Shown: piece by piece, positions 39,097-51,339 of the stretch
Numbering within the stretch: position 1 is the stretch's first letter
Layout: each line of letters starts with the position of its first letter
NCBI GenBank assembly: GCA_963693365.1
Contig: CAVNZM010000010.1
Coordinates: forward strand, 6,883,794-6,947,793
DNA length: 64,000 bases
From: Amoebidium appalachense
Lineage: Eukaryota; Protista; Ichthyosporea
Direction of reading: 5' to 3'
Position numbers and translations under genes: made by a program
The notes under the pieces: generated by a model
What the model was told of the DNA's origin: nothing
The model's database searches: none
What the model saw: the letters and a program-made list of their open reading frames with translations, nothing else

Positions 39097-40599
39097 TCCG
39101 AATAATAAGTTAAAGCTTTACAACGTCACCTAAACCAAGGAGCACGAGACAAAAAAAAAAAAAAGGGGGGGGGGGGAGGGGGTTTGAATGCGGAACACGG
39201 TACGACGTACACATGCACAATGGGGGAAGAAGAAAATGTGTGCTGCACTGCCAGAGCTCTTATTCGCAGGGGCCGCCCCAGGGAGGGGGGGGGGGGGGGG
39301 GGGGGGGGGGGAAGGGGGGTACATACGTGTCCTTTCTTCGGGTAGTACTTGTTGGTCTGTTCTTGCCCCGTGTAGGGGGTAGGGGCATGAGGGGTGCCCT
39401 CTCATCCTCATCACACCCACTCAGACTGTCACTAGCCTCCCGGCGGAAGGGGGTGGTGGCTGGAGGGGAAAGGGGGGCTGTTAGAAAACATGAAAAGGAG
39501 GGTATATGGGGGGGGGGGGGGGGGGGGAGGGGGAGGGGGGGAGAGGGGGAGGAGAGGGAGGGGGGGGGGGGGGGGGGGGGGAGATATATGTTACAGGGCA
39601 CCAAGTACACATGACAGACAACACAATGCAGATTGCAAAGCATGAATAATAGAGAATGCATCATGGGGGGGAGGGGGGGGAGGGGGGGGAAGGGAAGGGG
39701 GGGGGGAGGGGGGGGGAAGGGGAGGGGGGGGGGGGGGGGGACGAGGGGTGGATGTTCGGGCAGAAGGGCGAGCACAGTGAGAGAGAGCAGGGGAGGGGAG
39801 GGGAGGGGAGCTGGGGGGGGGGGGGGGGGGGGAGGAGGGAGGGAGGGGTGGAGGGGTGGGGTGGGGTTGCGTGTGTGTGTGTGTGTGTGTATGTGGGGGG
39901 GGGGGGGGGGGGTATGGTGGTAGGTGAAGGGGGACCAACAAGGGAGGGGTACAAATGTGCAGTGTACCAAATAAATCGAGAGAGCCTGTGTAGGCATTAC
40001 AGACTCTCATTACAACGAGTGGATGCATGTGATATGGGGAAAAAATGTTCTATCACAATAACGAAAGATATGTGCGTGGTAGCTTATGATTGTTAGAACA
40101 CCGTATACAGCATGCAGATGCAGCTGTTAGACTAACAAAAAGACATACAAAAGTAATTTAAAAAATGTTCAATTCACCTATCCACCATTTAATGTATGTG
40201 AGAAGACCGTTAACCTGACAAAGTCTCCCACTACCACCATGACATACTAGCTGCCCCATTCACATCATCATTTCCCCTTTCAACTCCCCCCCCCCCCCCC
40301 CCCCCCCCCCGGTCGCTCCGTGAACGCTAACCTACACTCAAAATCATCTTATTAACAAACTCAATTACCCCAAACACAACAGAGAGAAGAGAAGAGTGGG
40401 GGGATCGCAGAAATTCATGCGGCAAATGGTGGGTGTTTATGCTTCTGTTTGCTTACAGGATGACCCCTCGTTTGTGATGGCACCATAGCCAGGCCCAACA
40501 GTCGGTGGGGGGGAGGGAAAATGGGCCTCGGGGCCTGTGCTCTCTCTGTCATGAATGTGTACGTGTGTGTGTGTGCGTGTGTGTGTGTGTGCGCGCGCA

Positions 40600-40660
<61 letters not shown>

Positions 40661-41778
40661 ACGTGTGTGTGTGTTTGGGGGGGGGGGGGGGGGGGAGGGG
40701 GAAGGAAGAAGAGGGGTGTGTGTGTGGGTGTGTGCTTGTTTGTGTGCATGTGTGACTGTGCGTGCATGTACATGTACGCGTGTGGTGGTGACGGTGGTTG
40801 GGGGGAGAGGGGGGGGGGGGGGGGGGAGTAGGTTAGAACGTGTAACAAAGACCGAGATTCAAACTCACAACGGGCAGCATAATACAAAAAAAGGTGCAAA
40901 AGAAACATCACACAAAGAGCATGCAACAGAAGCAGTCGAGCTTATCAGAAAGAGGCCAAGGTCTGTGTATGTGTGTGTGGTGGTGTGTGTGTGTATGGGA
41001 GGGGGGGAGGGGGGTAGACCACGTACATAGTTCACACATGTATGGCTAGGCTTATAATGTGTATGCCCATATTGGGTGGTCGTGTCCGTTTTTTTTTCTT
41101 TTTCTTTTGCAATTTTCTTGTTGATTCCTTTGGTGGAGCAGCCTCCCCGCGGGGGGGGGAGGGGGGTGGGGGTGGGGGGGGGGGGTGGGGGGGGGGGGGG
41201 GGGGGGGGGATGAGTTACATAATATCAAATACACACTCACAAGGGACAACACAAAGCAGATTCTGCAATGAACAAAACAGGAGTATGCATCATAAGTACA
41301 GCCATCAGCAGGGGCTCAAATCACACGCAGCACCCGGATTTCGGCAGCCGCGGCCGCGCCGGGGGGGGAGGGGGGGGGGGGGGAGGGGGAGGGTTAGACT
41401 TTGTTGAACAGTCAGAAGTATGCATTCACGACAGGCAATAACATGGTGGCTGGGGGAGGGGGGGGGGGGGGGGAGGGGGGGGGGGAGGGGAGCAGAAAGG
41501 GGGGAGGGGGGTAAAAACATTTCAAGGAACAGGAGAGGGAGGGGAGGGGCGGGTGGGGAGGGGTCTTCGGGGGGGGGGGGGGGGGAGGGGGGGTTGGAGG
41601 GTGTGGGAAAGGGGGGGGGAGAAGAGGGGGGGGGGGGGAGGGAACATACAGACTACCGATGGGGACAGAGGCCTCAACACCACTGTCTGAATATTCGGGG
41701 GGTGCCCAGACATGACGGGCACACGGTGGGGCCATCAGCTACTGTGTGCAAACAGTATTCTCAAGCGGGCAACGTCAC
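32833..41778 (-). CDS. Alpha-kinase (eEF2K/MHCK family, Dictyostelium AK1-like architecture) with a SHOCT-like helix; exons include ~39331-39461, 38313-38454, 37404-37471, 36809-36875, 35853-35990, 34257-34363, 33743-33853, ~33003-33135, 32833-32909; central kinase exons not found
   Basis: [33 protein letters not shown] (SHOCT-like), [48 protein letters not shown] and [20 protein letters not shown] are diagnostic alpha-kinase motifs. The 5' exons are uncertain. Confidence 0.85.
35028..35298 (-). mobile_element. SINE-like structured-RNA element, diverged copy B
   Basis: Same 5' boundary (TAAGCAACCCTGCTCGTCT) and same 3' end (CGCATTCAA followed by Cn) as copy A, with compensatory substitutions in the stems. 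Confidence 0.75.
36369..36546 (-). mobile_element. 5'-truncated copy C of the same element
   Basis: Near-identical to 31861-32036, truncated inside the long stem, with G-tracts on both sides. Confidence 0.8.
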
Positions 41779-41870
41779 TGCAGGGAGGGGGGAGGGCGGG
41801 AAGGGGGGAGAAGTGAGGGGGGGGGGGGGGGGGGGAGGGGGGGGGAGAAGGAGGAGGGGGTGGTGTGGGT

Positions 41871-41901
<31 letters not shown>

Positions 41902-42053
41902 GGGGGAGTAAGAATGCAGTACAGGGTAAGGAAATACAAGTACAAGCAGAAAACTTATGGTAAAATACCGAGGCAAGGGCAAAGGTGACACATGACATTT
42001 GCACAGCTCGACATGAATCACCGAAATTGTCAGGGAGGGAAGAGAGGGGGGGG

Positions 42054-42096
<43 letters not shown>

Positions 42097-42908
42097 CTTG
42101 GTGAAAAAAAAATACAGGAGTATATAATCAAACAATCCTGCGCACGTGAAGAAAGAGGGGGGGTCGCCATTAAGCCTTGTGTATGGACGTAACGATGATG
42201 GGCAGGCAATCAAGGACACATTAGCACTGGTCAGGGAACACAAGTTGAGAAAGAAGGACAGAAGCACAGATGCCTAAGGGTCTGTGTTTCCAGAAGAGTT
42301 GTGCGGTCTCTAAGCGTTTACAATGGCACCACTTTTAACACCATTCCTAGAGTGTGTTTCTTTTTGGAGTTCACCCTCTAACTGTGTTGCTGTTAAGGGT
42401 AGGAATGCTGTCTGGAAACATGAAGAATTATACTGGCCAGTCACTGTAGTCTTCGCTTTGTATGTAAACGGGATGTCATGATGTTCGTGAGTGTTACAAA
42501 ACAACCGGCACCACGCACCTGTTTTACTGGCACGAACACTCGACGCACGGCACGTACCTAGTTGAGGGCAATCTCACTAGAAGGCACGGTTACTCGACGG
42601 ATTTTCACTATAATAGAAACTCACATGGAGTCTCTAGTTGTAAGGTTGAAAGAGGGAAAACGAAGTTATGGTGATCCCTGCTGCATCCCCTTTTCCTAAT
42701 GGAGGTGCCGGGTCATTAGACTAGAGGTGCTTGATTTCTTCTACGAGAAAACTTTATCCTTTAAATTTGCGTCCCTATGATCGAAGCTCCTGTCTCTGGA
42801 CTCGGAGGAAAAAAACTTAGGAAACGAAAAGTGTGTGCTTTGGCTGGCAATGGCTGCCAAAAAAATGCATTCCACGCCACTTCACCAACCAATCAATGGC
42901 TCCTAAAT

Positions 42909-43577
42909 TATGAAAACCACATTTCACATCACTCACTCGTGCTTGCCTCATGCCCCCCGTGTCCGTGGAGTGCAGGCCGTCGTGCCTGCACCCAAGGGGC
43001 TGGCCGAGGCGGGGGCCGCCAGGTGGGGTCCATGCCATGAGCCCCCCCCGCACCAGCCGGGGCTGGGCCCCGCCTCGACATGCTTTATTGCCGCTGCAAT
43101 CGGGCTGTGAGCCAGTCACAGTCGCATACGTACACCGTCATGTATACAGACTGAGAGGTGGGTGGGTGGGAGCCGCCGTGTGCTAGCCACCGAAAACGCA
43201 ATCGTGCTAACAAAAACCGTACGTGCAGCACACGGCGAAAACGAAGGTGGCCTGCATCTGCAGTGTGCTGCGCCGGAAATACCGGCGCTGGTGGCGCCTG
43301 ACGTCAGGCGCTGCGCCAGACCGATGTCAGCCGCCGCTGCGGCTGCGCCTGGCGCCGCGGCCCGTGACGTCATGGGCCGCCCGGCTGCCTGCGCCCGAAG
43401 TGATCCGTGAAACATCTTTCATCTGCTGCGCATATGAAACGTACATTCACATCACTCACTCGTGCTTGCCTCATGCCCCCCGTGTCCGTGGAGTGCAGGC
43501 CGTCGTGCCTGCACCCAAGGGGCTGGCCGAGGCGGGGGCCGCCAGGGGGGTCCATGCCATGAGCCCCCCCCGCACCA
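42909..43577 (-). repeat. Split direct repeats (B1-A2-B2) forming the 3' end of a PAT/DIRS-type element
   Basis: A ~145-bp near-perfect direct repeat at 42909-43055 and 43433-43577, immediately downstream of the recombinase stop. Confidence 0.8.
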
Positions 43578-43587
43578 CAAGGCCCCC

Positions 43588-44711
43588 CTACTGCGATGTA
43601 GGGGGTCCGCCCCAAGGTCCCGTGGCGAGGCCCTGGTGTGACCAGACGGTGGCAATGGAGGCTTGCACGTCGCGGTGGGGCAGCCGGATGTAGACCATGA
43701 ATGCGTCTGATGCCCAGCGGCCAACTTGAAGGGCTTTGATGGTGGCGTCAGGTAGGCCCGCTCTCTCAGCTGCAGTGGCCCCCCCTATGCGCAGGCTGTG
43801 GCCGGCGTACCGGTCGGGGTCGTAGCCCGCATGGTGTAGAGCTGTGCGGAAACCGGCGATGAAGGTGCTCTTGAGGTAAGGGCTGCCGTCGACGCTGAAC
43901 AGGGGTGCATCTGGGTGGATGCCTGCCCTGGTTGACGAGACCCCCAGGAAGAGGGCTAGATTGGCTGCTGGGCAGAAGGAAGGCTCCTCCGGGAAGGCGG
44001 GCACCCGGATGGTAACACCCTTGCCCGTGGGGTCGGTCTTAGATGTCGGCAGGAAGACTGTTGCCCCAATCAGGCGGCCATCCTGCCATAGGAGCTGGAC
44101 GTCGCGACGCTTGGCGTGAAGGAGGGGGTTGAACTTGGCCGCAGATTTGGACGTGAACTCGCCCGAGCGCAGGAGGCACGAGCTGCCAAGCAGCAGGGCA
44201 GCCCACAGACGCAGGGCCTCCAATGAAGAGCCCGGTTGGATGACTGGGAGGAGGGCGCGGAGGTCGGCTGGGAGGAGGGGCTCGAGCACTCGTTTGGGCC
44301 GGTGGCTGCCTTCCAGCAGCAGGAAGCGGCCAGCCCCGCGGATAAACCACTGAAGGCTCTGCTGGCCGGAGCCCGCTGGTGGTGCCATGCCCAAGCTGCG
44401 GTGCAGGCTGTTGACGGCGGAGACGATGCTGGGCATGGTCCGGGCTTGCACCGCACGCATGGCGCACCAGGCAAGGAACAGCTGCACTTGGGCTGGGCAG
44501 GCTGGCAGGTAGCCACCATCAGGATTGCGGCAGTCCATTGCGTAGATGAAGTCGATAAACTGGCGCTGGTAGGACGAGTAGGAGGACTCCGTGCTGTCGC
44601 CCACTGACAGCCGAGTGATGGTGCGGGCCACCTCCGGGACACGGGCCAAAACCTCGGGGGTGAACCACTGGGCAAGCCTACCATGGTCGCCACCAAAGGG
44701 GAGCAAGCCAC
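43588..44711 (-). CDS. Tyrosine recombinase of a DIRS/PAT-type retrotransposon
   Basis: Helical N-terminal domain plus the full catalytic set: LLRSGE (R), SKTD (K), GHSLRIGGAT (HxxR), GRW and MVYIR (Y). Frame is open for 372 codons with no in-frame ATG at the start. Confidence 0.92.
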
Positions 44712-46341
44712 CTGCAGGGACAGAGCTGTGTGAGCATCATGCCTAGAGTTGGGCCAGGGGGGGGGGGGGGGGGGGGGGGTAAAGGCAACGAGCGGGGTGG
44801 GCGGCAGGCAAGCGGGTGCACAGGCAGGCAAACAAGGGGGGGGAGGGGGGGGGGGGGGGGCGTAGCTAAAGGGCAGAGGATGCATGCAGCGCTGGCAGGG
44901 AGGGCGGGGGAAGGGGAGGGGGGGGTATGCGCGCACAAGCCGCGGTGTAGGCGTGCGTGTGTGTGCGCTAGTGTGTGGGTGTGTATGAGCATGTGTGTGT
45001 AACACCGAGGTTAAGCATGCACGATCGAAGGGGCGGGTGGAGGGGTGGCAGGGTGGGGTTGGGGGGGTTGGGGGGAGGGGAAGGAGGGGGGGGGGGGGGG
45101 GGGGGGGGGGCAGGACACGCCACAAGCAGTTGGCACTGCGGGCCAGCACAGAACAAAGAGGCACACCGTGTGTACACCGTAAGACCGTAATGTATTGTCC
45201 CAAACACTCCACCGGGTGAGTGAGGGAATCCGAGCGAATTCGTGTAGTGGGGGGGGGCCGGCCCCGGCCGCCACTGCAGAACATGACTCGATGAGCGATA
45301 TACAAAGTGGGAAGGGGGGAAGGGGGGGTGTCGGTGCCCCCCACAGCCCACACGCCAAGCCCAATACGAAGGCAAAGGAACAGGGGAGGGGGCTCGGCCC
45401 AGCCCCATCACGAGAGAGGGGCAGCAAACCGTACGCGTTTTCGATTTGCGGTTGGATCGGGTAACCGTAACGGTACGAGCACTGAGCAGTCAGGCGGTAC
45501 CAGGGTTCGAAGGACGGTGGAGCCCATTAACGGAAGTCGAAATCCCGTTTCGGAAAAACTCTTCGAAAATCGGAATGCTCCGTCGGAGCAGGCCCACCAA
45601 AATTCGTAATCGTCGCGCATCAGTAAACTAGGGCATGCTTATTTTAGACACCAAACTGCTTTTCGATTGCTTTATGGCCGGTCTGATGATGAGAGGCAGC
45701 ACCCGGCTGCCGTCCCCGCAGACCCCCACTGGGCCGCAAATAAATCACATGTACTGACTCCCGGCCCTGGGGCCATACACACGAGATCAATACAGATAAG
45801 GCCCCCGGGCCCGAAAACAGAAATCATCCCCCCCCCCTCCCCCCCCCCCCCCCCCCAACTCAGAAGTTTGAAGAACAATAAAGCTTCTGATACACGAGAG
45901 AAAATCATTACTTCTTCTTCTAGGATAAAAAATCTTAATCATACAATCAAGATGTTAATCAATGAACTCCTCAAATGAAAAGATCATTTCTAACCCCCCC
46001 CCCAACAACCAAGCACTACTACCCTCAACCTAGCACTTACAGCCCTGATCCATAAAGCTGAGAGCAGCAGGCAAACGGCGAGGAAACAGAATGCGGGCGG
46101 GCGGGTGGGTCCTAAGAGAAGCGGCGAGGAAAAGACTGTTTGAGAGAAGCGAAAAACACGACTTTTATAGTCGCTTCTACAGGAAGAGATGTGTGATGCC
46201 GATCATCACACCATCTTCTTCCAATTGGTGGATAAAATGAGTATTTACCAAATATATCATTTTAGACACCAAACTGCTATGGGCTACGTCCACTCAGACA
46301 CAGCGGCTCCGATCGGCTAACATACACTATTATACAATAAC

Positions 46342-48405
46342 GCTGGCTGGCTGGGGCCCCTCAGCCTGCCCAGGAACCGGGGGTGCCGTCCAGACGAAAT
46401 GCTTGCATACGCCACGGCCGCACCCCGCGCGGGAAAATCACCTCAGAGGGGCGCAGAGGCACAAAGGCTTGCCGGAGCCAACCCCTGAATGACGGGCCAC
46501 CACGACGCCGTATCCCACACTCAGTCTGGAATTCGAACGACGAGGATCCCGCTGCAGCTTGGCCACCGTTCGCTTTATCAGCGGGAACGGAGGCGCCCAC
46601 CAGCTTGGTGCCGTCGCAAAGGAACGGCAGTCTGAGGAGCTAAATACCCGTTAAATGTACTAATACACGGATAGAATAGGTTTTTAGTGAAGTTTATTTA
46701 TTTATTCAGGTCAGCACGTGTCTCACCTGCAGTTTATCGTAGGCACCAGGCCGTGTACTTGAATGTAGAGGGCTTGCCTGAAGGGATGTTGATGTGCAGC
46801 TGAACTTCGTAGAGCGGAAATTGAGCTTATATAGTACTTGAGGAGCTAGGTGACTACTTGTATATCGCTATACGTAAAGTAGGCAGGTGCCTAAATGACC
46901 TAAACTAGGCGCTTTATATACTAGTCGAGCGGGGCGTCATCTATCCTGAATTTCTAGGCTAGACCCGATAACGATTCCTATTGGCTAAGACTATTAGATC
47001 TAACTATAAATAGCTATATTGCCGATTTATTCTATCGAATCACAACGCGCGGCTCGCATTCCTTCTAGCTGATGGAGTCCGGCATTCCATGCTAAGGCAC
47101 TAACTCAACATCCTTTCATACAAACATTTCATATGTACATGGGGGCTACGAATCTCGTATAGAATACAACACTATGTTATTATTAACTATGTGCAATACT
47201 AGAGATATATATAATGAATTACAATTTTCAATGAATATTGAAGTATATGCTGTAGTACGTTACTTTTCCCGGGAGATTTCCAGCCGATCTGTGATTGGCT
47301 GTTGTTCCTTATCAGTGCGCATAAAGCCCCAAAGGCTCACAGCCAAGTTGAGGTGCACCAATAGATAATTTGGATCGGTGATTGTTTACATTCCATATAT
47401 TACGATGAGCTTTTTATATTACGTAATTTGCTGTGCGCGTTCACATAGAGCTTTCGTTAGATAAAGCTCTTTATTTCTTTATGCTGTCCCTGGAGGGCTA
47501 TAATTAGAATCCAAGGATACTCCAAGGATATGCTCAGGCGGCTAAAGCATTGCTGGGATACTCCAAGGCTGTAGGGGGTCGTTCTTATTGCTCCGACCGA
47601 AATAGCGTGAAGGGTTTCTTTTAGAGGCTGGTCATTAGCATACGTGATAGTGAACCAATAGCATGCTTTCCGTCAGATCCTTTAGATCTGCGCTCTGCGC
47701 GAGTACATGAGCATGTACGTAAGTGTACAGATATGCATTTGGAGCACAGCGACATATGTAAAAGACTATTTCGACACACTTATAGTTTATATTTTAAAAT
47801 CATTTGCATATTAGCATACATAATTATTGACTACTTTGCGCCGTCCACGGCACCGCCAACCCATCTGCCATCCCACCAGGGGCCCCTGCCTGGGCCCACA
47901 CATTAAACTCGGCCTTCACTGCCGAGGTGTGGGTGGCAAACCGATCGACTTCGGGCTGCATGCCCAGCAGCCACTCCACCCGCTCGACTGCCTCCGGCGT
48001 GACTTGCCATTCATGCCGGGGGTCCACCCGTGACAGCCAATCTGCTCGGTCGTTGAGCTCACCCGGCCCCGGGGGATGTAGGCCACCTCCTGTGGCCAAG
48101 GCAACCCGTGGTCGAGGCACAACTGGAGAAGCTGCCACAGAATGGGCTGCATCGAGGGGCTGCCGCCGCTGCCCTTTTTCCGCACGGCCCCAAGGGCCGC
48201 CTGGGCATCGGCTTGCCACTGCACCCGCTGCCCACGGAGGGCTTCCTGCAGAGCAGGGCTCTGATAGGCCTCCAACAGGCCCTCACACTCCGCAATCGCC
48301 GCCGCCCGCGGAGCGTCGTCGGCTGCCCACCTGCAGGTCCCTGAGCCCCTCCGTCCCGTTCCCCGTCGTTCCTCCCGTCTCTCCTCCCGGCCTGCAACGG
48401 CTATG
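46342..48405 (-). pseudogene. Degenerate DIRS-type RNase H + adenine-methyltransferase-like domain, split by a ~1.2 kb insertion (~46640-47830)
   Basis: RNase H: IAECEGLL..VQWQADAQAA..YIPR/GELNDRADWLSR. MT-like: EWQV..VDRFAT..DGLAVPW, resuming near 46600 as WWAPPFPLIKRTVAKLQ..ILVV..SWWP. Frameshifts and stops present. Confidence 0.8.
46650..47825 (-). mobile_element. AT-rich insert(s) resembling one or two solo LTRs nested in the DIRS-type element
   Basis: Non-coding and interrupts the MT domain. Minus strand shows a TGTTGAG start (47110), TATATAAA and AATAAA signals. TSDs not resolved. Confidence 0.4.
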
Positions 48406-49200
48406 GTGAGCATCTCCCGACCCAGCCTTGATGTGTCTCAGCTGCCCCGGTCGATTCAGAAGCTGTGCTCCGGCCCCAAGGGTGACGACGTGGTTGCTGG
48501 CCTCGAGCTCACTGCCAAATACAAGGCTTTCATCGACAAGGACATCTTCAACGTAGTTGAGCCCCCCTCCGATGCCAACATCATCCTATTTTTAAGTGGA
48601 TTGCCGTCACGGAGAAGTTACTCAACTCTGCTGGTGACACCAAGATGAAGGGTCGTGGTGTGGCCAAGGGTTTCACCCAAGTCTATGGTGTTGACTACGG
48701 TGACAACTCTTCCCCCGTCGTCATGTCTTCCTCCGTCCGTGCCCTGCTTGCCCTCGGCGTACAGCAGGATCACGAGATCCATCAACTCGACATCAGCACG
48801 GCCTTCCTCAACAGCCCCCTCGACGAGACTTTGTACATGGAGCAACCTCCTGGTTTCATCCTCCCCGGCAACGAACACAAAGTCTGGAAACTCAAGAAGG
48901 CCCTCTACGGACTCAAGCAGGCCTCCCTGGCATGGTACGAGTTTTTCAACTCCATCCTTGTTGCCCACGGCCTCACCCGTATCCGTTTCGATCCGTGTGT
49001 CTACTGCCGTCAGTTCCCCAACGGGGAAATCATCCGATCGGGCAACTACGTTGATGATGCCATCATCACCTGCACACCGTGACGGTACTCCACCCTCATG
49101 AAGGAGCTTGTTGTCCACATCATGAAGTCTGCCGAGTGCAAGGTCGGTCTGCCAGACATCTTCCTCGGCACCCAGCTGCTGTACACCACCCCATAGTACC
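48405..49200 (+). pseudogene. Ty1/Copia reverse transcriptase fragment
   Basis: VAKGFTQVYGVDY, HQLDISTAFLN, LYMEQPPGF, LKKALYGLKQA, DPCVY and YVDD motifs, with frameshifts and stops; no LTRs seen. Confidence 0.9.
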
Positions 49201-49239
49201 CTAGTCGGCCATGGTAGAGTACCCCGTCTGACCTCAGCA

Positions 49240-49305
49240 AGTGGGGTATTTTGTTTTCGGGGTGGGGTATTTTGTAGGGTATTTTCCGGGTATTGTCTAA
49301 CCCTG
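49240..49305 (-). mobile_element. Possible hAT-like transposon end
   Basis: Minus strand CAGGGTTAG.. followed by clustered AATACCC subterminal motifs; no partner end found. Confidence 0.35.
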
Positions 49306-50299
49306 TTTGTATAGTGGGGACAGACTTTTAGAATTTAGCTTATTTCAGTCTTACATGTCCATATATATGTAAATCATAGTATATAATAGTATTGTAGCTT
49401 GAATATTGTAGCTTAATTAATTTATGGCGTAGTGATGTGTGGACCTACTACAAAAAAGGTACTTGTAAATGCCTTTGTTGTGGGCGGGAAGGCCGGGGAA
49501 GCCGGCGCATGATAAATTGGGCCGGTCGATCGTTAAAATGTTTCAAACAGCGTTGTTTTAACGCAGCGGGAACCGCCGTGAGGCCCCACGCACCGGCCAG
49601 CGGCGGTCGAAAATCTGTCAGTCTAAAATGCGCAGACCATAACGCAATCATTGATGATCGATCGATCGGTAGTCTTTCGCGCGCGCAGCCTGGTAGGGGC
49701 CGAAACTTTAGGCTAGTAAGGGCCAATGTAATTCTGATGGGCAATCGGAAAGTTTATTTTCCTGATGGGCAATAGGAACGCTTCCGTACTTCTGATGGGC
49801 AATAGGAACGCTTTCGTAATTTTGTTGTTAAGCAATAGGAACAAGCCTTTTTAATTCCCGTTGAATTACAGTATGTGTCCGCGCGTAACATACTCCGCGC
49901 ACAACATAACGTCGACGCCGATTTTCAAAAAATCTTAACATACTGACCTCGGTCATTTTTCGGGATTATGTTAGCGCACCAAGGGGTCCTATACATAGTA
50001 GGACGAGTAATCGGGTTTATCTGGTCAGTTTAGACCCCCTATCTTTAGTATTTCGATCTCTTTCCCAGACAAAACAGTGGTTCGCCGTGACTTCAACGAC
50101 CGCCCAAAGCTCGCCAGGGCCAATGATAGGCGGCGGCCGCACATCGCATGGTATGCAAGACTCATGTGGCCGACTATGTCGATAAACGAGCAGAAACATA
50201 CGAAGGCCCCAACTAGTTCGAAGCAGTCTTGTATAGCTAGTTTTTACATCCTAGTCATCATGATATAGGCAGGTTGAATGCATATTAAACCCACCGATC

Positions 50300-50600
50300 A
50301 TGAATAAGCCAGTAGTCCAGGTGCAGGCAGCTGCACTTGGGGCGTTGAATAGTGCACTGCACACAGTAAATGAGGCCACAGACAAGTTTCAGGAAACTAC
50401 CCAAGAAGCCCAAGCAATCATTTCTGAGGGTTTTGTAAACGCAAACGTTGAACACAATCAACAACGCAACCACACGGGCAATTGCACAAGCCGAAACGGC
50501 AAAAGCACAATTGCGCTCGCACATGGAGAGTTTAGAGAGCCGCAGAGCCCCCACACGCGCGGAATCGCTGAAAAAGGCTGCCAGTAAGCCTGGCGCCATG
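50300..50600 (+). pseudogene. Frameshifted coiled-coil-like ORF remnant
   Basis: MNKPVVQVQAAALGALNSAL..EAQAII continues in another frame as TINNATTRAIAQAETAKAQLRSHMESLE. Composition evidence only. Confidence 0.3.
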
Positions 50601-51339
50601 GGCAGAAGACGATGTTCGATTTTGGGTGCATGGGTGTGAGATCTTGCGCAGGTTTAGTTTGGTGGGCTGGCTGCGTGGGGTGATAGTGGGTGGTGCCCAG
50701 AAAGGGGGGTTTCTTTTCCGTGTGAGTTACGGTAATGGTTTGGAGCTTGATGAAACCCTGAATACGGATTTGTATGAGGCGAAGGGGGAGGGGTTGCCTC
50801 TTACTCGTGTAGGCCCTGTGTGTGGTGCCAAATTCGTAAGGTGTGAGAGGAAGGTGTGAGGGAGCAGAAAGACTAGTACGTCCATCAGCAATCTTGTTCG
50901 GCGATCCGGATCCCATCCAGGACACCTTTTGGGGGTCCTCCCACCATATCCACCCCACACATCCACCACAACCTACCTACATGATGCCATCTAGATGGGA
51001 TGTGGGGGTCGTAAACAATTTGGATGGCCACTATCCATAACTCATCTATGATGTCCAGGAGGGGATAAAGGGGACTTGATATCATCCATCATCCAGAACA
51101 GCACCGCAAGGCATCTACTATGGTGTCATGAAATGATCTACAACCCATCCTAAATGCATATTAAATGCCCCGATGTTCAAAATTTTCCGAACACAATTTG
51201 GTGGGGTTTGGGTGGTGATATGGACCATCTAAAGACCACATTAAATGCTCTTTTCTTGTACCCATCCCAAAGTACACCCTAAGTACTCCAGGACGTCCAA
51301 GTGTACTTCTAGTTTATTTCCGGTGCACATAGACATTAT

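Noticed and set aside
44070-45353. 427-aa minus-strand ORF overlapping the recombinase
   Set aside because: GC-rich and low-complexity alternative frame with no domain motifs.
45673-45780. Hammerhead (CTGATGA) or HDV-like ribozyme
   Set aside because: No correctly placed GAAA or stem III, and the HDV P1/P2 pairings and J4/2 are weak.
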